Positions 24,661 to 37,739 of a stretch of DNA of 64,000 nt are shown in pieces; the stretch's first letter is position 1; the number at the start of each line of letters is the position of its first letter. The position numbers and the translations under genes were made by a program. The stretch comes from Macrostomum lignano. Taxonomy: Eukaryota. The notes beneath the pieces were generated by a model that was not told the DNA's origin, ran no database searches, and saw only the letters and a program-made list of their open reading frames with translations. Location of the stretch: assembly GCA_002269645.1 (NCBI GenBank), contig NIVC01000929.1, forward strand, positions 1-64,000, written 5' to 3'.

Positions 24661-24958
24661 ACCGTCTTCGCCAGCCACCAGCTGGAGGGTCTGGAGCGCG
24701 CATTCGGCGATACCCACTACCCGGATGTGCAGCAGCGCGAGGCCATCAGCGCCGCCACTGGCCTGCCGGAGGACCGGGTGCAGGTCTGGTTTCAGAATCG
24801 GCGCGCCAAATGGCGCCGAGCCGAGAAGACGTGGGGCGCCGGGGCGCCGGCCATGGCTGAATTCGGGCTGTACGGCGCCATGGTGCGCCACTCGCTGGTG
24901 CTGCCGCCAGCCGGGACCGACTGGAAGGGGACTGCGGCTGCGGTGGGCTGTCAGCCAG
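24660..24958 (+). CDS. Vsx: Vsx exon 3: Q50 paired-like homeodomain plus the start of the CVC domain
   Basis: [16 protein letters not shown]...HYPDV...[19 protein letters not shown], then KTWG...[14 protein letters not shown] (CVC signature). Donor AG|GTAAGT at 24959; read-through would stop at 24966. Confidence 0.93.
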
Positions 24959-25934
24959 GTAAGTGAGGATGAGCAATATGTGCAAGTGGGCGATTTCAGG
25001 TGTGTATAGGAGGTGAGAGACAGATATGGGTCGCATCTCTGATAACAGAGATGCGACTGTATTTTGGATCCAAATTTGGATTTAGCAGTGTCGATTTCGG
25101 ATACTACAATTCAAGTAAGAGATGGACTGTGGTAGAGACCCAATTAAGAGACATGTTATTCTGCGATTGCAAGCTTCTTGGGCTTCTAAACTTATCAAAG
25201 TAAGTTCAGCTGCCTTTATTTTTATAAAATAGCTTAGGTATTCTTCTTTGCTACTGAACTGAAAGTAGAAAGCTGTTTTGCTAAGTATATATAGCAATCT
25301 GCTAAAAATCAAGCCTTTCGACCATAGACGTCGTTCAGAAACCTCTCGTCCGACTGCTAAGCTCGTGAAGCCAAAAGTTCACTAGCAGCTACCAGTATAC
25401 CAAATAGCAGTTAGCAGTGCTTCATGAAATTGGTCCCAGTCTACGTCCAGAGGCCACTGACTGAACTTTGACGTTGTCAGCGACGGAGTGGGTTTATAAA
25501 TTTTTTTTTTACCAGTTTTTGGCTCACTGTCCTCTACAGCAAGAATAAGGAGTGACACTTGTTCGCAAACCGCATTGTTTTTAAAGGACCAACTATTTGG
25601 CGACAGCACCAAGTGGCAGACGCATCGACCAGCACTTTGGACAATAACTCGGACGGATTCGAGGCAGGTGGTGACGCCCACGACACAGCTGACCACTAAT
25701 GCGACTAACACGAGATAATCAGACAATAATTGTGCAATACGACAGCCCACTTGACTTGCAGTTGCTAAGAGCTGCGAGTGTTCGTTACTCACAAAATAAA
25801 CACACGACTTAAGACTTCAGTGTATTCCAGATCTGATCAATTAAGCAAGTCATTCATTCGTGCTTCATCCTTGGCTTGGGCAATGAGGCTGGAGATGGGG
25901 AATCGAATGAAGAGTATGAATGGGCAATCAAAAG

Positions 25935-26900
25935 GCAAGGAGTCTGGATGGGAAATCGAATGACGAGTCTGGATGGAGAATCGAATGACGAGTCTGGATG
26001 GGGAATCGAATGAAGAGTATGAATGGGCAATCAAAAGGCAAGGAGTCTGGATGGGAAATCGAATGACGAGTCTGGATGGAGAATCGAATGACGAGTCTGG
26101 ATGGGGAATCGAATGACGAGTCTGGATGGGGAATCGAAGGGCGAGTCTGGATGGGGAATCGAATGACGAGTCTGGATGGGGAATCGAATGGCGAGGAGTC
26201 TTGGTGGGTAATCGAATGAAGGAGAGTCTGGATGGGGAATTGAATGGCGAGGAGTCTTGGTTGGTAATCGAATGAAGAGGAGTCTGGATGGGGAATCGAA
26301 TGGCGAGGAGTCTGGATGGGGAATCGAAGGGCGAGGAGTCTGGATGGGGAATCGAATGACGAGTCTGGATGGAGAATCGAATGACGAGTCTGGATGGGAA
26401 ATCGAATGACGAGTCTGGATGGAGAATCGAATGACGAGTCTGGATGGGGAATCGAATGACGAGTCTGGATGGAGAATCGAATGACGAGTCTGGATGGGGA
26501 ATCGAATGACGAGTCTGGATGGGGAATCGAATGACGAGTCTGGATGGGGAATCGAAGGGCGAGTCTGGATGGGGAATCGAATGACGAGTCTGGATGGGGA
26601 ATCGAAGGGCGAGTCTGGATGGGGAATCGAATGACGAGTCTGGATGGGGAATCGAAGGGCGAGTCTGGATGGGGAATCGAATGACGAGTCTGGATGGGGA
26701 ATCGAATGACGAGGAGTCTTGGTGGGTAATCGAATGAAGGAGAGTCTGGATGGGGAATTGAATGGCGAGGAGTCTTGGTTGGTAATCGAATGAAGAGGAG
26801 TCTGGATGGGGAATCGAATGGCGAGGAGTCTGGATGGGGAATGGAATGAAGAGTCTGGATGGGGAATCGAAGGGCGAAGAGTCTGGATGGGGATTCGAAG
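25935..26900. repeat. 25/28-bp minisatellite (GAGTCTGGATGGGGAATCGAATGAC)
   Basis: Read directly. Confidence 0.95.
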
Positions 26901-27698
26901 GGCGATTCTTCAAAGGGAAAAACGAAATAAAGAATAAACGAAGCAAGCGCCATTTAATTTCAGTTTAACGGCACACTGGAAACAGCAGCAGCAGTTAAAC
27001 TTGGTGTACAACTGAAGCAGGAACAATAGCCTCATTAATATTGTATTTCTGTTGTAAAACCAAGGTTTAATAATGGAAGAGTGCTCATGAGTGTATAGGT
27101 AGTGACAGAAGTAATGTGAAAATTTAGTGAGCTAAATAGTGAACAATCAAACACACAGAACAGGCACTGCCTCTGGACGCATTGGCACTGCAAAATCAGC
27201 TTTGAAAAATATCCAGTAAAACAAGTTGCGCGAATTCGAATGACCCAAACAAGCTCATTAACAGCTTACTACTCTCGAGAGTAGCCAAAATAGCATTTAA
27301 ATAGTCTTTGTGCGTAAACAGAAAAACTCGATTACAATTATCTAGCACCAATTGGAGCGAGTCGAGAGCAAATATAAAAAAGCAATAAATAACTTGCACA
27401 AACTTCTCCAGCATTTATTGAGTATCAGGTGAAATAAAACTTTTAAAATTTTATGCAAAAATGCCCTACAAAATAACAGCAATAGGAGCTGCTCGGTAAG
27501 CCTAAACTGTAAAAGAAACAGATATACACAAATAGATAAAAAATGGCTTCAAAGGAGCATTTTAATTGCTGTTTAAAATATTTCCGGTCGGAACTTGAAG
27601 AGCTAAAAACTTTCTGAGAGTTACAAGCCAAAAACATGCATTTTTAATGATTGATCTTACCACTCAGCTCAGCATCTCAAGTCACTCGTAGTTACGTA

Positions 27699-27871
27699 TT
27701 AAACGTTAACGGGTGACGCGTCCGATTCTTCCTGCGACTTGGAGCCGCCACCGCAGTCGCAGGACCGGCAGAAGATGACAAAACCAAGCGCCACCAGGGC
27801 CAGGCCCAGCACAGAGCCGGCCGAGGCTGCCGCAATTTCGCTGCGCGTTGGCGGGAAATCTCGGTACACCA
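27699..27871 (-). CDS. Ig-superfamily membrane protein, terminal exon (TM helix and short tail)
   Basis: Acceptor CATCCCGCAG (phase 1), translation IAAASAGSVLGLALVALGFVIFC...NV, stop. Confidence 0.6.
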
Positions 27872-27907
27872 CTGCGGGATGTGGGCGCACAGGGATTCGC
27901 TGGTGCT

Positions 27908-29522
27908 ACTGGTTCTGGATTGCTAATCCCCTTGTTCTGGATTGCTAATCCCCTGGTTCTGGACTGCTAATCCCTGGTTCTGGATTGCTAATCCCTGGTT
28001 CTGGATTGCTAATCCCCTGGTTCTGGATTGCTAATCCCCTGGTTCTGGATTGCTAATCCCCTTGTTCTGGACTGCTAATCCCTGGTTCTGGATTGCTAAT
28101 CCACTACTTCTGGATTGCTAATCCCCTGGTTCTGGATTGCTAATCCACTGCTTCTGGATTGCTAATCCCTGGTTCTGGATTGCTAATCCCTGGTTCTGGA
28201 TTGCTAATCCCTGGTTCTGGACTGCTAATCCCTGGTTCTGGATTGCTAATCCCTGGTTCTGGATTGCTAATCCCCTGGTTCTGGATTGCTAATCCCCTGG
28301 TTCTGGATTGCTAATCCCCTTGTTCTGGATTGCTAATCCCCTGGTTCTGGACTGCTAATCCCTGGTTCTGGATTGCTAATCCCCTGGTTCTGGATTGCTA
28401 ATCCACTACTTCTGGATTGCTAATCCCCTGGTTCTGGATTGCTAATCCACTGCTTCTGGATTGCTAATCCCTGGTTCTGGATTGCTAATCCCTGGTTCTG
28501 GATTGCTAATCCCCTGGTTCTGGATTGCTTATCCCTGGTTCTGGACTGCTAATCCCTGGTTCTGGACTGCTAATCCCCTGGTTCTGGACTGCTAATCCCT
28601 GGTTCTGGATTGCTAATCCCCTGGTTCTGGATTGCTAATCCCTGGTTCTGGATTGCTAATCCCTGGTTCTGGACTGCTAATCCCCTGGTTCTGGATTGCT
28701 AATCCCCTGGTTCTTGACTGCCAATCCCTGTTTCTGGATTGCTAATCCCTAGTTCTGGATTGCTAATCCCTGGTTCTGGATTGCTAATCCCCTGGTTCTG
28801 GATTGCTAATCCATTACTTCTGGATTGCTAATCCCTGGTTCTGGATTGCTAATCCCCTTGTTCTGGATTGCTAATCCCCTGGTTCTGGACTGCTAATCCA
28901 CTACTTCTGGATTGCTAATCCCCTGGTTCTGGATTGCTAATCCATTACTTCTGGATTGCTAATCCCCTAGTTCTGGATTGCTAATCCACTGCTTCTGGAT
29001 TGCTAATCCCTGGTTCTGGATTGCTAATCCCCTGGTTCTGGATTGCTAATCCCCTGGTTCTGGATTGCTAATCCCCTGGTTCTGGATTGCTAATCCCTGG
29101 TTCTGGACTGCTAATCCCCTGGTTCTGGACTGCTAATCCCCTGGTTCTGGACTGCTAATCCCTGGTTCTGGATTGCTAATCCCCTGGTTCTGGATTGCTA
29201 ATCCCTGGTTCTGGATTGCTAATCCATTACTTCTGGACTGCTAATCCCCTGGTTCTGGATTGCTAATCCCTGGTTCTGGACTGCTAATCCCCTGGTTCTG
29301 TATTGCTAATCCCCTGGTTCTTGACTGCCAATCCCTGTTTCTGGATTGCTAATCCCTGGTTCTGGATTGCTAATCCCTGGTTCTGGACTGCTAATCCCCT
29401 GGTTCTGGATTGCTAATCCCCTGGTTCTGGACTGCTAATCCCCTGGTTCTGGATTGCTAATCCCCTGGTTCTGGATTGCTAATCCCCTGGTTCTGGATTG
29501 CTAATCCCCTGGTTCTGGATTG
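27908..29522. repeat. 21/22-bp minisatellite (CTGGTTCTGGATTGCTAATCCC, about 75 copies) filling an intron
   Basis: Read directly. Confidence 0.97.
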
Positions 29523-29556
29523 CCGAGCCCAGCCAGAGGTTCAGCGCGCAACTCAC

Positions 29557-30057
29557 TTGGACAGTGAACAAACAGCTCCATCAGATCGGACTCAGTCTGA
29601 CAATAAAACCGAGTCCTGCCATCCAGTGCCAGCTGGGAGCAATTATCCATCCGGACGGTGACTTCGGTCCAGGTGATCCAACTAACCGAATCGTTGGCCG
29701 AGGAGGCCCGACAGCCAGCGTCGCAGTGGCCGACCCGGGTGTCCGAAACAGACTCCAACAGGAGGTCCGGCGACTGGAGAGCCTCGACGTCGAACGACAG
29801 GCCGGAAGGCGGCAGCCCAATTCGATCCAAGCGTTGGAAGCCGACGCGAACCGGCGGCCGGCGGGAGGCGGCGGAGACCGCGGCGCCGCAGCTGGTCCTG
29901 CAGGTGAGGGTCAGGCCGTCCGACCGGCCGAGGCGGAGGGGGGAGCGGCGGCTGCCGCTGCTGCTGTTAGACCGAGGACCCACCTTGGAGGGAGCACCGG
30001 TAACCTCGGCCGAGGCCGTGGAGGCAGCCACGAATGACTCAACTCGGCGGGGCGGAG
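29557..30057 (-). CDS. Ig-superfamily membrane protein, middle exon (divergent Ig-like, GC-rich)
   Basis: 501-nt phase 1-1 exon from a CCACAG acceptor to a GTGAGT donor, containing LTLTC and FYC motifs. The acceptor choice is inferred. Confidence 0.55.
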
Positions 30058-30334
30058 CTGTGGTGGCGTCGGGGTCCAAACTCAGGATGCCAAATTGAAA
30101 ACCAGGATTTTAGCTGGCTACCCCTTAATACTGCTAAGCCTCTGAACCACAGAAGCAACAAGTTACAGCAGACTCCATGTTTACAGACTAGAATTTGCAC
30201 ACCTAGTTAACGCTTGATTTTTGTGTGACAGATGCCCAATACATGACAACACTTATATTTGTACCCAAACTGCATACAGAAACTGTTGCGCATTCAAGAC
30301 GATTGAGAAGCGCTTGTAAAACGATTTTACGACG

Positions 30335-30920
30335 ATTGTCAATCATCCCAATCGATTGTCAATCATCTCTATCGATTGTAAATCATCTCTATCGATTGTC
30401 AATCATCTCTATCGATTGTCAATCATCTCTATCGATTGTAAATCATCCCTTTCCATTGTCAATCATCCCAATCGATTGTCAATCATCTCTATCGATTGTA
30501 AATCATCCCTTTCCATTATCAACCATCTCTATCGATTGTAAATCTTCTTTATCGATTGTCAATCATCTCTATCGATTGTAAATCATCCCTTTCCATTATC
30601 AACCATCTCTATCGATTGTAAATCTTCTTTATCGATTGTCAATCATCCCTATCAATTGCAAATCATCTCTATCGATTGTAAATCATCCCTTTCCATTATC
30701 AATCATCTCTATCGATTGTAAATCATCCCTTTCCATTATCAATCATCTCTATCGATTGTAAATCTTCTTTATCGATTGTCAATCATCTCTATTAACTTTA
30801 AATCATCCCTATTCATTGTCAATCATCTCTATTAATTGTAAATCGTCCCTATCCATTGTCAATCATCTCTATTAACTTTAAATCATCCCTATCCATTGTC
30901 AATCATCCCTATCGATTGTT
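30335..30920. repeat. 20-bp minisatellite (ATCGATTGTCAATCATCTCT)
   Basis: Read directly. Confidence 0.93.
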
Positions 30921-31043
30921 AATCACTCAAAAGCTTGAAAAACAATTGAAATAAAGGCTACGTTTTTGTCGAATCTGTGAAATGGCACTTGGCACGACTT
31001 GAATTTTTTTTATAAATGAGTAAATTTTCAGAAGCAAACTCAC

Positions 31044-31460
31044 CAGTAGCATTGAGTAATACATTGAAGGCAGCATTGACAGAGTGGCAGGAATATTCGG
31101 CCAGGTCAGACCAAGTCACATGATTGATTCGCATAATAAACACAGTGGAGTTCTTTGGAGCATCATTCATAACAAAGGTATGCTTGTTTGACTTTGAATA
31201 CGAGATTCCATTTTCGGCTAATATAGTGTTACCTTTGCTCCACATCACAGCAAATATGCGTGTTGTAGTGCTATTGTCTATCATAGTGACCCGGCACTCA
31301 ATTTCAACAAATGGATCATTTAAACAGACAGAATCAGTTAATATTTTAGCTGATAGAGTGAAGTTTCCCAGGCGATCTAAAGCAGAGGATCCCAAAGTGA
31401 TTGGGGCAGCAGGAGGATATATGCTGCCAGTAGAAAGCAGCAATTCATAAGAAACATTGG
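31044..31460 (-). CDS. Ig V/I-set domain exon
   Basis: 417-nt phase 1-1 exon (TTTTTTCATTCCAG to GTGAGT) encoding VEIECRV...VMWSKG...MRINHVTWSDLAEYSC, with the canonical C, W and DxAxYxC. Confidence 0.8.
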
Positions 31461-32199
31461 CTGGAATGAAAAAAACATTAAATACATATTTTTTGATCTA
31501 ATTAATACACAATTAAAGTGGTGTACTTATAACCAATTGTCTTGCTTGCTTGAATTTTTATCTAGTATACACATTTTATAAACCAAAATGTTTTAAAAAG
31601 CATTTCTTTGATTTGAAAAGTTTTGTTTTTTGTTAGATAATTCATATCTTGAATTTTCAGTCAAAACTAGGCTAAGTTGCATGGCCAATGCAATTTCAAA
31701 ATAGCAAATTAGCAATATTGCTTTAGCCTACAATAACAAAATATGCATTCAGCATCATAGGATGCACCTCAAGGCCAGGTTGCAAATGAATGCCAAGCCA
31801 CTATTATAAATATAAGAATGATAGGCCTAGTGCTCACAATTGCTATACTTATATGATAAACTATTTATAAACTATAGTGACAAAATATTTTTATTATATA
31901 GGCATATAAGCCCACAATTCTAAGATCCGAATATTGGACTAGCCCTATTAGAAAAAGTTGCAAAATGGCAGGCAGATGTCCAGTGCATTTTCAAAATGAC
32001 CCTGTGGCACAGAGCAATTTTGAGATGGCGCTTGGCTTAGCGCAGGGCAGCGTAGCATAATGCAACACTTGGCAAGATACTTGGAATCTATGTCAAAAGG
32101 CCATACACAGAATGGCTTGAATGTCAAAAGTTGGCAAAGTTATTTGGTATGCTCCACTTAGCAGTGCTATATTGTTGGTATGCCACCATTGCCAGAGCA

Positions 32200-33760
32200 A
32201 TGCAGAGTGTCTAAAGGGTACCAGTCATTTTGGCAAAGTCATTTTGGCAAAAGGCCATTTATCCAAATGTATTTTTAAAAAGTCATTTCATCAAAATGCT
32301 TACTAATACATGCAAAATGATACAAGTTAAGTTTGTTATGAAACAAACATTTTCTTAGTGACAGATAAAATTCAAATGTTGTTAATTTGGGGAATTTTTT
32401 AGTAATATTATATACAACAAGTGTGTGCAACAAGTATGCAAACTTTAAAGTGACATGAGTGACAATCAATTGCATTGGTGCGCAATCAGTTGGTATGTAC
32501 ACACTGCACTCTTAAAACTTGCTGAATCATTCAATCAACTGGCATAAAATTCTGTGCCAATTTCACCCAGTGTATGGCTAATGGCTGACCTTGAGAGTGT
32601 TACTAAAAATAGATGTCACTTAGTGTAGACATATACAATTTGATTAAGAATTCTAAAACAGCCAGCATATACAATGTGCCAACAAAATGCTTAAAATGCT
32701 AGGTCACCATTGCTATCTCACTACCGCTCAACTATTAACCGATCCAATCCTGAAATGGAGTCACAGTGCCCAATCTGCTCATGTAAAGTAACTGCATGTC
32801 AGTTTGCACTTCAATGTGACAAATGCCAGCAATGGTATCACCTAAGGTGTAACACAGGCATGTCTGACAGAAGGTACCGCAATCTTATGGCATCAGATGA
32901 AGACTTTGAATAGAAGTGCTGCAGCTGCATTGCATCAGGAGTAGTTGAGGAGGTTGTTGTTGAGCAGGTCACCAAAGCAACAGCATTAGTAGCAGCTGAG
33001 GTTGTTGTCAAGCAGGTCACCGAAGCAGCAGCATTGGTAGCAGCTAAGGTCGCCAAAGCACTACCTGCAGTAGTAGTTGTTCCAGGGCAAGGCAGTGGCC
33101 ATGTCTTCATAGAAATGGCACATGTCTCTATCACAGAAGAGGATGGCTTCAATTTGGAGGAAGACATCCAGCTGCCATTTCTAGTAGCAGCTGTCTATGT
33201 CAGCTACCCATAGCTTGTCAAGGTTTCTGTGGAGGAGAAGCCAGGATTCAAGGTACTGGAGGAGTCTTCAATGAGGAAGAAGGCCACCTTGGTTGTTGAC
33301 AATAAGTTCACCTTTGTGAAGTCCAGGCATTACAACAACAAGGCAACTGGAGAGCACATAGTATATGCTCTCTATTATAAGTATTCTTATAATGTTACAT
33401 AGCTTTTATTTGATCTTGCATTGCTCTGTTATACAATAGTGATTGTGTGTTTTGTTTGTGTTGTTTGTTACTATGACTTACTTGAAATGTATAGTCTAAT
33501 TTTCAAGGTTCTTCATTTTTACCTAATTATTAAACCATTAATTTAGTATTACACTAAATATTTTTTTATAAATCAAAGTTAAGTTCTTTTGCCTTTACAG
33601 TTTACACATTTTTTTATATTCAAAAAACCACAAATAACAATTGATAAACAAATAGTTAATACACTATAATTATATAGTGCCTTCTAAACGTGGTGAAAAC
33701 TTTTTGCCAAAATGATCATCTAAATGATCTATCTAAAAAGATCATTTGTTATTGCAATGC
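32200..33760 (+). mobile_element. Decayed DNA-transposon relic with a PHD finger and a FLYWCH-like fragment (MULE-type, tentative)
   Basis: CPIC...ALQCDKCQQWYHLRC...FE*KC (in-frame TAG at the expected Trp), later KKATLVVDNKFTF. Bounded by inverted CATTTTGGCAAA / TTTGCCAAAATG motif clusters. Confidence 0.55.
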
Positions 33761-35849
33761 CTCTTGGGCACTTTGAATTTTAAAATGTTCAATTTATTTT
33801 TAAAACTTTGCATAGGCCAGGGCCCAAAATTAGTACAATATATAATCAGGCACAAGGCCAGAAAAAAAGTTGAGAAGGTGGAGCCTTACTTCCTCAAGTT
33901 CACAACCTAACCTTGACAACTTCAACAATGCAAAATTTTTAGCTTATGCCTAATTGTGTAGGGCCTAGTTTTAAGATTTTACAAATACAAGTGAATTGTG
34001 ACTGACCATGCTGGCATGACTAATAAAATTTTGACGATATGAAGTTTTGAGCTTGTGAAATGTCGATCTTTTGTCGTTTTGAAGTTTACTGACTTAGACT
34101 GTAAAATTGAATCAGTCATGCAGCATGCCCCTGCCAGGAGCCAACAGCCAATAGTCCATGGATGTTATTAAAGCTGCGGGCTGATGACTACAGAGAATTC
34201 ACTTTGTGTTTGTGCTGGTGGGGCTTACCACTGTGTAATGGACGGATATTTCGTCAAAAACCTTTTCGCCGAAAGCATTTTCGTCAAACGGCGGAAAGTA
34301 GATCTGTGTGCATGATTTCACAGTTCAATTGAAATACATATTTCGGATACGTGACACGTGTATATGATGATCTGCAGACTCTATTAGTAATAGTCCTACT
34401 AGGCCTATATAAACTCGATTCCTCAATTTTGAGCTCGGGGGAGGGGCTTTGTTTGGCGGTTCATGGTCCTGGTGGGGGGCAGCCGTGTCACAAACACGTA
34501 GCAGAATAGGACACGTTTTTTTCGGCTTCAGAAGCGGTCAATACATGTTTTGTGTACGAAAATGTATTAGTAAGATGTATCACCCGTGACACAACGTAAG
34601 GCTCAAAAATACCTCTTCACAAGAGCCTTAACCTTTTTTTAGCCTTTTCCTTGAGAGCATTTTCCTTAAAGGCAGATAATACCCGTCGATAGGTATTTGT
34701 ACCCATATTTTTATGAATTTTAAGGCTTCCGTGTACTCGCGTGTAGAAGTTGTCACGGGTGATGTTGGTAAACTGTATAATTCAAATTCCATTCTAGCTA
34801 GCTATTAAAATAATTAGCCTGCGTCAGGATTAGCAAAAATTTAAAGGGCTAGTGACCAATGTAGCTAGTTCTAGTTTAGGAAGTTGCGCATCTTACCTAG
34901 CTATCTTATTCTTGGTCTAATCGGCTAGGCCTATGCTATGCTGTTCGACCTAAATATTAAATTTTACTACTATTGCCATTTTGTTACAGATTTATTTAGG
35001 ACCTACTGTTCTACCAATGTCAATGGCAATAGATTAAATTTAAAACTACCTAGGCAGCTAGGCCTAGTAATTTTGCATTTAGTAATACAAAGCCTACTAT
35101 TTCACTGATTATTTTCTTCTATTGACTAGTAGCCCTAAATCTAAAATATTTTCTTTTCTTTTGTGTTATAACTATAAGGCCTAGCCTTTACCTTTATGTT
35201 ATATTATTAAAATGTTCTTTTGACTTAATAATAGTATTAATAAGCATCTTTTTTCTTTCTTGGATGTAAAGTTAATTTGGTCTTTCTTTGATTTAATTTA
35301 ATTAGCTTATATTTTATACAATTTACTAAGGCTATAGGAATAGAAGTATTATAATATTTATATTAATTTTTTCTAACAAATATTATAAATTCTGTTTTAT
35401 AAGCATCAAAAATGGAAATATAAAACAAGATAATATAGAGCACATTCTATATTGAAATATTATGCACATTTTTTAAATATTTTGATAAATAAGATTTCTC
35501 CACAAAATTAAAAAATATTTTAGAAATTAGATTATAAACTTAAAGCCATAAACCATAGACTAGCAACTAGTTATTTACTACCATTATAAAGTAAGTCATG
35601 ATATCTATCTAGTAGTCATGACCTTTTCTTCCTCTCTAACCTCTATCTATATCCTGTTCTTCTTTCTAGACCTATTTTCTTTTTGAAAACTTTACCTCCT
35701 CTTCCTTCCAATATTACTCCTTTCTTTATTTTAGCCCCATCATGTCTTCCCCTTGAATCCTTATTCTCTCCTCTTCACTACCTACCTTCTCTTTTCTAGT
35801 TCTTACTTTCCTCATTTCTAGCCCTTACTCTCTTCTCCTCTCCAGCCTA

Positions 35850-37560
35850 ACCCTCCTAGCCTCACCTCTTCCTCCAGCCCCACCTAAACCTCTTTGAACC
35901 TCTAGCCCCATCTTTTTTTCTTTCCAGCCCTATCCTCCTCCACTCTAGTCTCATCCTACCTTCCAGTCTTATCCTTCTTTCTAGCCTCACCCTCCTCCCT
36001 TTCAAGCCCTACCCTCCTTCCCTGCACCACCACCCTCCTTCTCTCCAGCCCTACCCTCCCTCCCTGCTACCCTGCTTTCCTTCTAGCCCTACCTTTTTCC
36101 CCTACTACCCCGCATTCCCCTCCAGCTTCCATCTTCTATCCTCTAGCCCAACCCTTCAGCCCTATCCTTCCCTCTAACCCTACCCCCTTTCCCTCCAGCC
36201 CTACCCTCCTTCTCTGCAGCACCACCCTCCTACCCTCTAGCCCCACCCTCCTTCCCTCTAGCCCACCCTCCTTCCCTCTAGCCCACCCTCCTTCCCTCTA
36301 GCCCTACCCTCCTTCCCTCTAGCCCTACCCTCCTACCCTCTAGCCCCACCCTCCTTCCCTCTAGCCCACCCTCCTTCCCTCTAGCCCACCCTCCTTCCCT
36401 CTAGCCCTACCCTCCTTCCCTCTAGCCCTACCCTCCTTTCCTCCAGCCCCACTCTCCTTCCCTCCAGCCCCACTCTCCTTCCCTCCAGCCCCACCCTCCT
36501 TCCCTCCAGCCCGACTCTCCTTCCCTCAAGCCCTGCCCTCTTCCCCTACTGCCCCACGCTCCCCTCCAGCTTCCATCCTCTTCTACCCTCTAGCCCCACC
36601 CTCTTACCCTTCAGCCCCATCCTTCCCTCTAACCCTACCCCCTTTCCCTCCAGCCCTACCCTCCTTCCCTCCAGCCCCACTCTCCTTCCCTCCATCCCCA
36701 CCCTCCTTCCCTCTAGCCCTGCCCTCCTCCTCGACTTTCCACCCTCCCTTCCAGCTTCCACCCTCTCCTCCCTCCAGGACCCACCCTCCCTCCTTCTAGC
36801 CCTACCCTCCTTCCCTCCAGCCCCACTCGCCTTCCCTCTAGCCCACCCTCCTTCCCTCTAGCCCTACCCTCCTTCCCTCCAGCCCCACCCTCCTTCCCTC
36901 CAGCCCGACAATCCTTCCCTCCAGCCCCACTCTCCTTCCCTCAAGCCCCGCCCTCTTCCTCTACTGCCCACGCTCCCCTCCAGCTTCCATCCTCTTCCAC
37001 CCTCTAGCCCCACCCTCTTACCCTTCCACCCCATCCTTCCCTCTAACCCTACCCCCTTTCCCTCCAGCCCCACTCGCCTTAGCTCCAGCCCCACCCTCCC
37101 TCCCTCTAGCCCTACCCTCCTCCCCTCCAGCCACACCCTCCTTCCCTCCAGCCCTGCTCTCCTTTCCTCTAGCCCCACTCTCCTTCCCTCCAGCCCTACT
37201 CTCCTTCCCTCCAGCCCCACCCTCCTTCCCTCCAGCGCTACCCTCCTTCTCTGCAGCACCACCCTCCTTCCCTCCAGCCCGACTCTCCTTCCCTCAAGCC
37301 CCGCCCTCTTCCCCTACTGCCCCACGCTCCCCTCCAGCTTCCATCCTCTTCTACCCTCTAGCCCCACCCTCTTACCCTTTAGCCCCATCCTTCCTTCCAG
37401 CACCACCGCCTTCTTTCCCCAACCCCAACCTCTCCTCCCCTCGAGTGCTCAGCCTCTCCTCCCCTCAAGTGCTCAGCCTCTCCTCCCCTCCAGCCTCACC
37501 CTCTCCTCCCCCAGCATGAACATCTTCGCCCCTACTGGCCCACCCTTCGCCCCTGCAGTC
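35850..37560. repeat. Pyrimidine-rich degenerate array (CCTCCTTCCCTCCAGCCC-like) with internal block duplications
   Basis: Read directly; mirrored as a purine-rich tract at about 45360-47050. Confidence 0.92.
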
Positions 37561-37739
37561 CCCACCCTATTCTCCTTTTCAGCCTCACCCTTTTTTCGTA
37601 GCTTTGTTAATTAAATTTAATTATCCGTTTTAGAAGTAAAAACGAATATTTCTCCTTCCTCTCTTCAGAATCTCCTCGATGGGGAGAAAAAGATAAGGCC
37701 AAGGCAAAACCTAACAATAGCAAACCAAGCAATGGAGAC

